Positions 12,984 to 25,160 of a stretch of 64,000 nt of DNA are shown here, in pieces. The stretch's first letter is position 1. Every line of letters begins with the position of its first letter. The position numbers and the translations under genes are program-made. Under the pieces are notes generated by a model. That model was not told the DNA's origin, did no database searches, and was given only the letters and a program-made list of their open reading frames with translations. This stretch comes from Macrostomum lignano (lineage: Eukaryota), in the NCBI GenBank assembly GCA_002269645.1, contig NIVC01001414.1, positions 62,001-126,000 of the forward strand, written 5' to 3'.

Positions 12984-13497
12984 CAGGGGTCCGCAAACTT
13001 TTTTTACCTTAAGGGCCAGATAGAGAACCTAGAGCATGACTGCAGGCCGGAACAAGAGAGAGGAAGGGGAATATAGAAGAGATAAGGGATATAGGGGAAT
13101 TGAGAGAAGAGGGAATAAAGGAGAAGAGAGGAGAAAGAAGAGAGGAGAGGAGCGAGAGGAGAGGAGATCAGAGAGGAGAGAAGAGGAGAGAGGAGAGGAG
13201 AGAAGAGGAGAGAGGAGAGAAGAGAGGAGGAGAGGAGCGAGAGGAGTGGAGAGCAGAGAGGAGAGAAGAGGAGAGAGGAGAGGAGAGAAGAGGAGAGAGG
13301 AGAGAAGAGAGGAGGAGAGGAGCGAGAGGAGTGGAGAGCAGAGAGGAGAGGATAGGGGAAGGGAGATTAGAGAGAATAGCGCTGAGAAGAGATGCAAACA
13401 CTGGATTGCTACTGTGAAGTTTCAAAGGGCCCGATTGCGGGATAGAGAAGCTTGGCGGGCCGTATCTGGCCCGCGAGCCGGGTTTTCCGACCCCTGG
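12984..13497 (+). mobile_element. hAT-like MITE with internal GA-rich tract
   Basis: TIRs CAGGGGTCCGCAAAC / GTTTTCCGACCCCTG and a subterminal GGGCCGTATCTGGCCCGCGAGCCG; interior 13048-13390 is GA-rich repeat. No clean 8-bp TSD was seen. Confidence 0.7.
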
Positions 13498-13886
13498 CAC
13501 GTAGTAAACATTCGCCGACACTTATTCAGACACTTCTACAGACACTTTAGTTTCTGTCGTACGAATCGTGGGAACAAGCATTAAATTTGTTTATTCCTAA
13601 CAAACTATCAGTAAAATGCTTTACTTTAAGCTTTTTTTGCTTTATTTTATTAAATATGAATCATGAAATTTGTTATTCTGCATAGATTCTCTTCACGTGA
13701 AGAAGAATGTTAAATTTGTCCAGGACACTTCCTAATTCAAATTTAATAAAATAAAGCAAAAAAAGCTTAAAATAAAGCATTTTACTGATATTTTGTTAGG
13801 AATAAACAAATTTAATGCTTGTTCCTACGATTCGAACGACAGAAACTAAAGTGTCTGAATAACTGTCGGCGAATGTTTCATACGTA
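13498..13886. mobile_element. Foldback element with ~150-bp inverted arms and 7-bp target duplication
   Basis: Arm 13498-13660 is the reverse complement of about 13735-13886; CCCCTGG is repeated directly at 13491-13497 and 13887-13893. Confidence 0.8.
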
Positions 13887-16540
13887 CCCCTGGCCTGGCT
13901 TATTATCATTAGGCTTTATTTCTTAGAAAACTATTCAACAATAAGTTTTTACTGGCGAGTTAATAAATATTAATTAAATTTCACAACTAAGAAGCATTCA
14001 TTCAACAGATATTTAAAGTTAAATTTTTACTTTTGTTATACTGTACTCAGTTTCTAGACATTTACGGTGTTATCTACAAATACAAAGAACTCAGCCAACA
14101 AAAATTTGTTTCCAAAGATTCTGATTCCATATGGGAAATGAACGTTTTGGCTAGATATCTGGATTACTCGTAAAAGGCATTTATTGACCATAAAATTACA
14201 GGCTTGCAGTCCAAAAAAAACTGTATACATGCTTGACCCATTCTGTCATGAACCAATAAGATTGAAAATGTTTAGCTATGAAATCGGCACCCCAATGCAT
14301 CCCTGTATCGTTTGTGTGTGTGTGTGAACTGGGGAATTATAGCAGAAGACTGTGAAATAATTTTACCCAAAACAGCATTCCTATGTAGCTCTGTGCCAGC
14401 TTCTGTTGACATTCTACGGTTCAAAATAATAATGGGAGAGGTCCGTCAGATGCGGGTAGGAAATGATAAGTGTACAGGCCTTGTGTCCATTTGAGTCAAG
14501 GCGACCTGAGTACAGGTACCTGGAGAAGCAGGCCTTCCCCCAACTACCCCCCCCAAATATTTTAAAACACCTTATAATTACAGTCGTTTCGCTGTGCAAT
14601 ATCTGATGTTTTAATAAAATTTACATTGCTTCAGTTTAGATAAACAAATTTTTTACAAAATTGTCTTTAAGGACCGCTATACGCTCTTATGGTCTTTTCT
14701 GTGTCATTCATTCAGAACTTCATTCGGTGTCAAAGAATCAGCTCCGTTTAATTTCCGTGTAAAATCGCGTGTAAAACGTCTTTCGGTGACTGGCCGGTGG
14801 TGCAATATTTTACTCAAATAGGGGATAATTTTATCAACCTACAGATGTCCAAAAAGTGGAGGAAAGTTTAAAGAAAAAGTGTTGTCACTCCAGACACTTG
14901 ATACTGGGTCTCCTTAACTTCAATTGCAATTTAAAACATAAAATAATATTGCTATCTCTAGCCCAAATGTATCAAGGCTTAGATGTACATTATGCAGGTA
15001 GTTGCCTAGGCAACCCAGTCATCCCCAACTCAGCGCTACAGCTCCCCTTCACCAGCCTCAAACTCCCTGCGCCTTCAAGTCAACAAATATAATAATTAAA
15101 TCGGATGCCAGCTTTTTTATAGCCCACAAGCTAATTTAAGTGAAACAGTGCTTAGTCATGAGGCTATACCTGCTGGCTGGACAATTCTAGATTCTTTCAG
15201 TGATGCATTTTTAGCTCCCATTATTCTGTTCTTCTCCTAAATCTTCTTTTAATTACCAAGTCAGTTCATTTAGATTTAAGGACTTTTATTACCAAAATCT
15301 TGTTCTGAAAATATGCTGGACACTTAATAAAATTTATGCTATTAGGGTAAAGGGCCTGTCAATTTAAACTCATAAAGTGGAGCCTGAGTAACCTGCTGGG
15401 TTTGGCGATAAAAGCGATGAAAATTGGACTTGGGATAAGGGAGAACAAGCAAGGTGATAATTACGGACTCTACTTTATAGCTTAACTGGACTTAATAGTC
15501 CTTAATTATCCATTTGCTTGCTTGTTCCCCCAGGTCCATTTTTTCGTTTTTACCAAAACCCTGATTACTGGTATCACTGTGAGGAGAATGACCTAATCAT
15601 TTCTGTACATCCGGTACATTAGGCCCTTCGCTTCTACTGTTAGTAGAAAAGAGAGGCCTGGAACATTTTTTTGCCGTTTACTGCATGAATCAACTATAGG
15701 ATAGTAGCGCTCGAGGCCAAGGTCGAGAGACCGTCCTTGCTTTATACAACACCTATAGACTTGGACGCTGTCAGACTCACTGAAACAGAGAGCAGGTCTT
15801 TGTGGAGCACGTGGAAGTTGGCAAAATATAGTAAAATAGGTTCAGACGCTTTGTCAAGAACGACGAAGATGTACCCTGAGGTGTATCGCGAATACCCAAA
15901 TTTATTAGATCGGACAGAAGAATGTCCGGACTTCTTGAACTTTAGCTAGATAAAATAGTTGCAGTTTCGATAGTATGATCATAATTTTGTCTCTACGGGT
16001 TTTTTTGATGGTGCTGATTTCAAATTTGAGCTTCATTTTTTTCGTAGCTTAAAGCCAACCACAGGGGCATGGGGAATGGGGGTTTTAGGGTGGGGAGAAT
16101 TTTAATGGGGATTGATTTTGCATGCCTAAACTTCAATAGAGGCATGGGAGTCTATTGAAGATTAGGTAGAAAAATTCCGAGACCAGTTGGGGGGGGGGTC
16201 CTAGGTTTGAAACTGCTTGTATCAAATTATCACTAATTGCATACGAGATTAACAAATCGATGTCCTGCTACCTCTGAAAGTACCTTTTTCAGTTTAATTG
16301 CTTTACTATAATTTTGGACAGCCTCTAAGACTCTGGCGAAAGTTTCAGAAAAAGTTGGAAAATTGGAAGTATTTTTTTTACCTAAAGTTCAAGAAGTCCG
16401 AATGTCTATGGCTGGCTAAAAATTTAACACTCTCGATCTTTGGCAACTAAAGCGCATTCAATATCCTGATTTGATGCAGGATAGTACGAGCTGTAGCGCT
16501 ACATAGAACGCTTTTTAGTTCAACTTAAACTCGAATTGCA

Positions 16541-19183
16541 ATGCTGAGCCGGCTGCCGCCACTGTTCTGGCGAATTTTCCCTCTAGTGCTGTATGGCAGC
16601 TTCATTGTGTCTGGCATCGTGCTCATTGCCTCAGGTGCAGTCAGGGCCAAGCGAGTGAGCAACAAAGACGACTTACTCGGCTATGCAGAGGTTGGCTCCT
16701 ACGCCAAAGGCGTCACCAGTATTGGACTTGGCCTCGCCGACTTGCTGCTTGGCATTGCTGGAATTGCTACAACTCTACTGGGCTACAGGTGGATGTACTT
16801 CGCCGTGAGTTGCTAGTGTAGCTTATTTAAGTATTAGCACCAGGCTTTAGGGCTTTAGCACCAGGGATGCCAGCACCAGGGGGGGGGGGAAGGGCTTTAG
16901 CACTGGAGGCTTTAGCACTGGGGGCTTTAGCACTGGGGCTTTAGCATCAGAGACGCCAGCACCAGGGGCTTTAGCACCAGGGGCTTTAGCAAGCACCAGG
17001 GGCTTTAGCAAGCACCAGGGGCTTTAGCAAGCACCTCGATTCGATACCAGTCACATAAATTTGTGTCTAAATTGAAATCTCGGTTTGGCTCTGCTCGTGC
17101 AATTAACGCCCCTTGAGGACCAACCCCAAGGCACAGTGAAGTGTACATGCCTAAAGTTCAGACCGCTGTGCACTCCTGTGTGAGTGTGTGCCTGCTCAAG
17201 GGAGTCGGCGGAATGGGCAGTAATGCCTCTCGCCGGTTGTGTGGCAAAATATGTTTCCAATTTCGGTGAAAAATATTTCAGCTCATGGCCGCTCTGCTGT
17301 TGACTCTTCTCAGCAGTATCATCACCTACTACGGAATTCGCCTCAATGCTGTCGAAGATGTAAAAGAAACCAGGAACACTATAAGAGAGATGATGATTAA
17401 ATTTTACGGTAATAACAGCATCTCAGATGGACGCGAGTTCACGGAGATGATCAACACAATGCAGTCAGATGTAAGTCTAATCAGCTAATTCTAATCAGCA
17501 CAGAGACTGTAAATCCCTGGCGATTTGAAATTCAGGGGGCGCCTGTACACCCTGTGTTAGCGTGTGTACGAGTGCCTTATGAAATTCTCTTAGAGATGTA
17601 GCCGTTTTCCAGTGATGATTCTGGATAAGTCTCAAGCTATTATGAGGCAGCTTTGATGCTGCTTCGAGTCCAAGATTTTAGCTTGGATTTTTCGCTGGTT
17701 TTTAAAAACAATTTAAGGTCGACCTTGGCCTCAATCGGTTCTTTTGGGTGAGGTCAAGTAAGGAGTTTTATCATCTGACAGGTGGGATTTTTTGAATAGA
17801 AAAGATTTTTAGATTTAGTTGGCCACTGCGCGGTTTTGAGCGCCAATATATATATTTAGAAATCGATATTTGCGTGGGGTGGAGTTGCGCCTGATAAACA
17901 AGAAGCGTGCAAGCTGATTGGCCGCAGAGTGACGGGGGGCAGGCATTGTACACTTGAGGGTCAGAGAGTTACACGATGTACGGCCAGGCCAACAAGATAA
18001 AACTTGGGTCAATTTCAGGTTAACATTTGCCATATTTAGAAGTTTTAAAATTTAATGTTGTAAACCGGTTTTCGAACAATGGAAAATAGTCGTTCACTGT
18101 TTTCGTGATACAACTAAAGATGGAATGTGAACTCCTGACATTTAAAGTTTAATTTACGTAGCATTTTCTTACTAGCAAAGCCAGCCTTCAGAGACACTCC
18201 CGATCTTTCGTTACCAAAGAAATTATACCATCGCAATTAAGGACGCACTTCTTCTATACATTTAAGCAATTTTTTTCCAAATCAACAGAGAAGCTGTTGC
18301 GGTCTCAGCGGAGTTGAAAAAGAAAACATCTTTCTGGTCACGCCCTGGCACCGTCTGATTAACGTTAACAACAATGCCAAGCACGTCATCACGCTACCGG
18401 ACTCGTGCTGCACTTCTCACGTTGACGAATGCCGATTTGCCAAGGATATCAAGGCTGCCAGAGAGGCTGGTTTTGTTCACAATGAGGTAGAAATTTGTTG
18501 GTGGGGAAAATTTTTGACGAATTTCTATACAAGATACCGATTTCTTTACTCAAATCATATTTTGATGTTCGCAGGACTGTCTGTACAGCCTGTTCAAGGC
18601 GTTCGACGGCTACTTGCTGCTCATGCTTATCGAGGTCTTTCTCTGCAGCATTATGCATGTACGTCGATCGTTTAATTCATCTGATCTAACTCGTAGAGAG
18701 TCAGGCAGAAGGCAGTTATGTGATACAGATTTATGTGGAGCTTAGGCTACCACTCCACCACTCACCCTCTACTCACTATACTCACCCTCTACTCACTCTC
18801 TACTCACTCTCTACTCACTCTCTACTCACTGTACTCACTCTCTACTCACTCTCTACTCACCCTCTACTCACTCTCTACTCATTCTCTAATCACTCTCTAC
18901 TCACCCTCTACTCACTGTACTCACTCTCTACTCACTGTACTCACTCTCTACTCACTGTACTCACTCTCTACTCACCCTCTACTCACTCTCTACTCATTCT
19001 CTAATCACTCTCTACTCACCCTCTACTCACTGTACTCACTCTCTACTCACCTTCTACTCACCCTCTACTTACCTTAACAATATTAAAACAGATCTTCCCA
19101 TTAAATTTCAGCTCATCACCTTGGTCTACATAGCCGTATATCTCAAGTTCGGTCCAGAGTCTAGCAGTACGGCTTCAGAGTGA
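16541..19183 (+). CDS. Tetraspanin A, ~268 aa (exons 16541-16804, 17282-17470, 18289-18486, 18575-18658, 19112-19183)
   Basis: All introns are GT-AG and phase 0, and exon lengths are multiples of 3. Four hydrophobic segments; the large extracellular loop has CCG (RSCCGLSG), PDSCC and two further Cys. Confidence 0.92.
16845..17035. repeat. ~14-18 bp GGGGCTTTAGCACC tandem repeat (intron 1 of tetraspanin A)
   Basis: About 10 degenerate units. Confidence 0.8.
17047..17256 (+). mobile_element. SINE family 1, 5'-truncated copy
   Basis: CAGTCACATAAATTTG...GGAGTCGGCGGAATGGGCAGTAATGCCTCTCGCC is shared with the copies at 21.6 and 44.1 kb. Confidence 0.8.
18755..19070. repeat. ~11-bp TCTACTCACTC tandem repeat (intron 4 of tetraspanin A)
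   Basis: Repeated units with minor variants. Confidence 0.9.
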
Positions 19184-19584
19184 CTGCACCCTGAAGAACA
19201 AGATTTTCTATTTAGTGATTTTTTGAACCAGAGTAAACTAAAAATGCAGACGTTTTATTCTCATTATATGCAATAATAGAAATTTCAACAGTGTATTTTA
19301 CAGTGCTGCAGAGTCACTAACATGTGCAACACGTAGGCCTTAGTTACTTATTTAGAATTCACTGTATTGGAAAATATAAACTACATGACAACCCCAAGAG
19401 TCTCTTTGAAAAAGCAATGCTTCTTATATTATTTTTTATACTTGGCAGACTTTGATAGAATTGCATTGCACGTCTTGATTTTCTTTTAATAACCATATTA
19501 ATAGGTTGAAAATAGATACAGACCCTAGAGCATGACTGTGGGAGTTGTCAGGCTGTCAGTAACTAAATGTTAATAAGGGAGACG

Positions 19585-19865
19585 CAGGAGAGAGAGGCAG
19601 GAGAGGGAGAGGCGGGAGAGGGAGAGGCGGGAGAGGGAGAGGCGGGAGAGGGAGAGGCAGGAGAGGGAGAGGCGGGAGAGGGAGAGGCGGGAGAGGGAGT
19701 GGCGGGAGAGGGAGAGGCGGGAGAGGGAGAGGCGGGAGAGGGAGAGGCGGGAGAGGGAGAGGCGGGAGAGGGAGAGGCGGGAGAGGGAGAGGCGGGAGAG
19801 GGAGAGGTGGGAGAGGGAGAGGCGGGAGAGGGAGAGGCGGGAGAGGGAGAGGCGGGAGAGGAAGA
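19585..19865. repeat. 15-bp GGAGAGGGAGAGGCG minisatellite
   Basis: About 18 tandem units. Confidence 0.95.
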
Positions 19866-19909
19866 GGCGGTAGGGGAAGATGCGAGAGTGGGATGGGGTC
19901 GCCATCATG

Positions 19910-20158
19910 AACCCGAAAAATCATAAACACGAAATATCACAAACCCGAAATATCATAAGCCCGAAATATCATAAGCCCGAAATATCATAAGCATGAAATA
20001 TCCTAACTCCGAAAGCCAAAATAGCACTGGACATTGCTAGTATTTTCGGAGTTATGATATTTCGGGTTATGACATTTCGGGTATTAGAGTTCTGGTTTAT
20101 GATGGGCGTTACTAGAAGTTTTGGACATTTCGGGTTTGTGATACTTCGGGCTAATGAT
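19910..20158. mobile_element. Small element with inverted blocks of 16-bp subrepeats (CCCGAAATATCATAAG)
   Basis: Tandem units at 19915-20012 face reverse-complement units (TTATGATATTTCGGG) at 20050-20155. Confidence 0.55.
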
Positions 20159-20209
20159 AAAAAATGGCAAATATGTTGTTTGGATACTCTCCCAACAATA
20201 CATAATAAA

Positions 20210-20454
20210 TTACACCTGCTGCCAGCTTATAAGCAGATGTGCAACCGACAGCTCAGCCGCAGCTATTGCGCGGCGCATCTGAAGGCTGCGTACGGTTGTT
20301 CAGTCCAAGGAGTGGGGGGTCGCCCCACATCCTCAATTGACCCAGCTAATGCTGGCACCCATTTTACAGCTGGGTGAACTGAAGCAATGCAGAGTTAAGT
20401 GTCTTGCTCAAGGACACAGATTGTATTGTTCCTAGTGGGTCGAGAATCGAACCT
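20210..20454 (-). mobile_element. SINE family 2 (tRNA-derived, CORE-like body), 5'-truncated
   Basis: Reverse strand reads B box GGTTCGATTC, then GTGTCCTTGAGCAAGACACTTAAC...CTTCAGTTCACCCAGCTGTAAAATGGG, resembling the CORE-SINE central domain. Confidence 0.65.
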
Positions 20455-21184
20455 CCCCCCCCCCCCCTACCTTTCATTCGTGAGTCTGACGACGAGAATA
20501 ACACTTTTTTAACCTTATCTCGAAAAAACTTGTGACTAAACCTTGAACAAAACAACCTACTTGCTTGATTTGAAATCTGGAAATTCCAGATGGGCAAAAT
20601 ATTGTACACTGGGTTCTTACAAACTGAAAAAACTCACAACTCGCAAAAGCAGTCCTTCAATCTGCTTGGGTTGTCCATGTCATTAGCGATTTGAGCTTAT
20701 TTTCTATCGAATGCTTCTATATGCTCAATAACGAATGCAAAAAGCAGCCTGCTTCAGACTTCTCTGTCATTGACCTATTGACTAAAGACGAAGGACAACA
20801 GACAGCATGACGCCGATAAAACTTATCTATTTGTTAGAATCGGTAAACAAGTTCAAGTGCTAGCTAGTACTATTTGGACTAATTTCAGTCTTTGGATGCC
20901 TAAGGCACTGCAGGACATTGTTTTTGCATCCTTTGTTGTTTGACTAATGTATGCACACTTGATAATATACGATAGAATATAAGCATAAAGTAGATACTGT
21001 AATGTTTAATTAGCTGTCTTGCTAAGATAGATATAATAGAAAAGGACATAAAAAGAGAAATTAGACACTTTGTTGTTTCTGCTTCAAGTACATTGTCTTT
21101 ATACTGCAAGTTTAAAGGTGTAAACATTCAAGGAGAAGGCTTCCAAAGTACAACGAGCGTATTAGTCGCTAGAAATGTTTTCAC

Positions 21185-22461
21185 TTAGCAGCGGGCAAAG
21201 TACGCATAGCCTCCATGGACGTTGCCCAGGCTGGCAGGTGGGTAGATAAATCTCAACAGGTGGCACAGGCGCTGCTGGTCAGAGTAGATTACGGCCTGAC
21301 AGTCAGCAGGCCTCTGCTTGCACTCGATGAGACATTGCGATTCAGTTCGAGCAGCGACAGTCCGAAATGTCTGCTCGGATGAGGTAACGGTCTGATTGGG
21401 CATCGGTGAACGGAGAAAGTAGTCGCTTTCTGAAACAGAAAATTCAAGAGGTAAAGTTAGGGATCCAAGGTTTATTGACGATTTCTAGAAAAATGTCTTA
21501 AAGCCACTCATTCAAACACAATAACCAGCGTAAGAATATCTAGAAAGGACCATCTAAAAAATAAAAATAATCCTTCAGGAAGCCCATAAGGTTGGGGGAC
21601 TGCGCAGCCTAGTGATCTGAATTCCAGCGGTCCAGGCTTGATTCCAAGTGGCAGTCATATTAATTTGGGGGCTAAATAGGAATCTCTGCTTGTGCAATCA
21701 ACACCCTTGAGGAGGGCCAACCCCCAAGGCCGCTGTACACTCCTGTGTGAGTGCTTGCCTGTGCGTATGATTGAATTACGTATCCTTGCACTTGTGTGCT
21801 GCTCAGGGGATTCGGCGGAATGGGCAGTAATGCCTCTCGCCGGTTGTAGGGACAATGTCGCTTAAAGGGCACCAGAGTGCACACAGCCCCGTCTGTGTCT
21901 AACTGATTATCGCTAAAAACCATAGGGTTTTTCAACAAGCCTAAACCGGACGTCGAAAGCTTATAATTTTGCTTTGAACGAGCAGGCAGAATCATAAATA
22001 GATGCCAGTTTAAAGTAAAGTAAAGCCTGTGGACTTATCTGAATTTTTTCTACGCACTCACTTGGGTAGGTCAAAGCGAAGACCGAGTTTCGCCAGTAGC
22101 CTCCGCACCTCTGCAGCGGGTTTCCATTACACGCCGAACTGCAGTCCGCCTCCATAGCAGCTCCAAAAGCGCCAAACGAATTGCCGCAGAAGCATTCTTG
22201 GCTGCTTTGAACTCCGCAGTAAGAAAATCCGCCCCAAGAGCAGAGGCGACCGCATAACTCACTGGACATACTAGAGCTGCAGAACTGGTACTTCGAGTCG
22301 TATTGGCACATGTTCGCTGTCCCAATACGACTGACTTTGCTCATGCCGCTCAGGTCTCTCGCCGATGTGTCGACGAAGCAGCCTTTGTAGGCCAGCTGGA
22401 CAACTCTACCTGAAACCAGTTGAAGCAATAGGCTGCACACAACGGCAAATGGAAAGTACAT
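21185..22461 (-). CDS. Secreted WSC + PAN/apple protein 3 (exons 22461-22062, 21429-21185)
   Basis: Signal peptide MYFPFAVVCSLLLQLVSG; WSC pattern; phase-1 intron A|gtgagt...tttcag|AA joins TYP-K-SDYFLRSPMP to a PAN core QCLIECKQRPADCQAVIY......CHLL. Confidence 0.9.
21592..21902 (+). mobile_element. SINE family 1 copy inside the intron of WSC-PAN gene 3
   Basis: Degenerate B box GGCTTGATTCC followed by the shared body sequence. Confidence 0.75.
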
Positions 22462-22532
22462 CTTGTGACTAAAGCGTTTTTGCTTTGTTAGTTTCTCCTT
22501 GTAAATGTCGCTTCTTTAATGTTTCTTCTTAT

Positions 22533-22539
22533 ATTTATA
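22533..22539 (-). promoter_or_regulatory. Candidate TATA box of WSC-PAN gene 3
   Basis: TATAAAT on the minus strand about 72 bp upstream of the ATG. Confidence 0.45.
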
Positions 22540-22847
22540 GATTAGAGATGAGTCTGACAAACGCTCGTAAATGTACATGCACGTGGGTTGTTTGCATAGC
22601 AACGAGCTCTGAGGTGGAGGTAGTTTTCCATCATTGCTATAATTGGCCCAATAGGGCTTGTCATGGCCCAATGGTATGATAGCTCCGGACTAAATTACAT
22701 AAGTTTTAAACATCGGAAACAATCCATATCGCATGTAATTATTTTTTGTTTGTTGTCGGCAATAGTTTTTCGCTCGTATTTCAAAGGAATGCAAGCTGGT
22801 CAGTCGGCAACTGCTAATTATCCGGCCCCCAATATTCATCATTTGCC

Positions 22848-23192
22848 TCAAATGCCTCACTCACAGCCGCTCCCGTACTCCCAGATGAAGCCTCAAATGC
22901 CTCACTCACAGCCGCTCCCGTACTCCCAGCCAGATGAAGCCTCAAATGCCTCACTCACAGCCGCTCCCGTACTCCCAGCCAGATGAAGCCTCAAATGCCT
23001 CACTCACAGCCGCTGCCGGACTCCCAGATGAAGCCTCAAACGCCTCACTCACAGCCGCTCCCGTACTCCCAGATGAAGCCTCAAATGCCTCACTCACAGC
23101 CGCTCCCGGACTCCCAGATGAAGCCTCAAATGCCTCACTCACAGCCGCTCCCGTACTCCCAGATGAAGCCTCAAATGCCTCACTCACAGCCA
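22848..23192. repeat. 45-bp minisatellite (CAGATGAAGCCTCAAATGCCTCACTCACAGCCGCTCCCGTACTCC)
   Basis: About 7.5 units; two carry an extra CAGC. Confidence 0.95.
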
Positions 23193-23951
23193 AGGCAATG
23201 CTGCCGAGACCGAGTGAAGAACTGCGGTGTGGATGTGCGCAAGGGTCTCAGCTCAGACCAGGCTCAGATATTGGTGACTCACTCTGCAGTGACTGTGGGC
23301 TGAGGCGCTCTGTCGTATATTGAGGGTTAAAAAATAGGTGAGAAAAATGGCCCAAAACTGTGGCCCCATAAGAAACTGGTCCCTCTCGCCCACCCCAGCT
23401 CGATCGATTTGTGGTACAGGGCAGGCCTCTTTTCCATTGTGCTCCTACTGGACACAAGCAATTGAGACATTTTTTTCGTATTTTTCACATAAAACGCATC
23501 AACGCCACGAAAATCTTTCTCAAATACGATGGACGATGGATGCGGAAGCTAGACAAACTGTCTCACGTATTCGTAATCGTATGCCTTAGAACTGTAATCG
23601 TGCAACGTGGAAGCAAATCGCGGAACTTCCAGAAGGAAATTTTTTATCCTCTTGTTTTTGGTTGGCACTAGAAGATCTTTTTCTCCTCTTGAATTATTAT
23701 TAAAGACATTGACATATACTGGCCAAACAGGCTTCTTGCCTGAGCCAACTTACTACTATTACTACTACTACTCATTTGACACCAGAAAAAAGAATCCCTG
23801 TACACCTGTTTGTAGAATTTGCGACCACTAAACTCCAAACTGACCGCCAAGAAAGGGCCACATGTGGGGCAGGGTTGAGGACAAAAGTTCAAGCGCAGAG
23901 GCGGGTCATGGCTTGAGCAAGTCGCAACTGGCGTGGGCTCGCATACAAGCA

Positions 23952-24141
23952 GCCGTATGCAGAAAGCTCTGTCTAGGGTAGTCCGGTCTTGAAAAGCTAG
24001 TCTGCACTTGGATTTGGTATGCAGAAATGCAAAGTTAGACCGGTCTACTTTAGACAGAACTAGGGTAGCTGGACCATAGACTATAGACTGAACTACCCAA
24101 GTCCGGACTAGCTAGTCTGGACTAAGCTTTCTGCATACGGC
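23952..24141. mobile_element. Small Harbinger-like MITE
   Basis: 17-bp inverted termini GCCGTATGCAGAAAGCT / AGCTTTCTGCATACGGC. Confidence 0.6.
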
Positions 24142-25108
24142 CCAAGATGTCAGTCATCTTTTTGACTAGTAAAGCTGGTTTGCCCCGAAAAACTACACTT
24201 TCTCGTGGCTGTTCGAGCACAATTGCTAGTGCTGTGAATTTTAATAGTTATAGACTCAATCAAATTCTCCCACATCAAAAGAATCGGAAATGTTGTATTC
24301 CAAGAAAGGTATAAAACACTACAGCTAAGATTTTATTCTGTTTAAGAAGCTGCCAGTCAAGAATAAAGCCTTTGTTTCTGTTACCATAAAGTCAGAAAAA
24401 AAGCCAGCTGTTCAGCTTTATTGATCATTGAGTCTAGTGAAGCCCTGACAACTGAAAGGGTGTGTGCAAGGATGCGATGCAAATTGGGCGGCCTAAACGC
24501 GGCTTAAACGCTTCGATTAATGATTGACAGGAGGGAGTAGTTTTATGGCCATAATTCTTTTTCAAGTAGCAAAAAACTCAGTAAAACTAAACTTGGGATT
24601 CGTTTTTCCCAAGTTTTTCCCAAAAAATAGTTTGGCAACTATTTTCTATTTGAATTGGCGCAGTTCGGTTCAAGCCTGGATTTATAGAGACGATGAAAAT
24701 CATCTCAGATTATCTACTGCCATGCTTGATGTCACGCTGGTACAACTAACTATGTCCCTATATCAGGGGTGGGAAATCTCCGGCCCGTGGGATACATGCG
24801 ACACTCGGGTCCTTTGAACCTTCAGAATGGCAATCCGATCTGCTCGAGGTTTGTGTCTCTTCTCAGTTCTCTTCTCTCCTCTCCAATCTCCGCTCTCCTC
24901 TTCGCTCTCCTTTCCACTCTCCTATCTGAAGAGCGGAGTTGGTCTAACCAACACCATTCAGAGCTAGCTGACTAAGTTATAGAGTCCCATGCGATACTGA
25001 GATACAAATCCTGCATGCTAATATGGCTACTAATAGTATTAGCGCATTCATCACACTTTTATTTTATAACTTCGAGGATCATTTACACATTGCATTGGAG
25101 GCTAAGTG

Positions 25109-25115
25109 TATAAAA
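25109..25115 (+). promoter_or_regulatory. Candidate TATA box of WSC-PAN gene 4
   Basis: TATAAAA 52 bp upstream of the ATG at 25161. Confidence 0.5.
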
Positions 25116-25160
25116 AGAGAGGGAGAATGCGAATTACCTTCTCGAGAACCGTCACACGCA

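Noticed and set aside
22934-23323. Repeat-protein ORFs over the 45-bp array
   Set aside because: Open in several frames on both strands, with no splice or promoter support; it lies between the divergent WSC genes 3 and 4.
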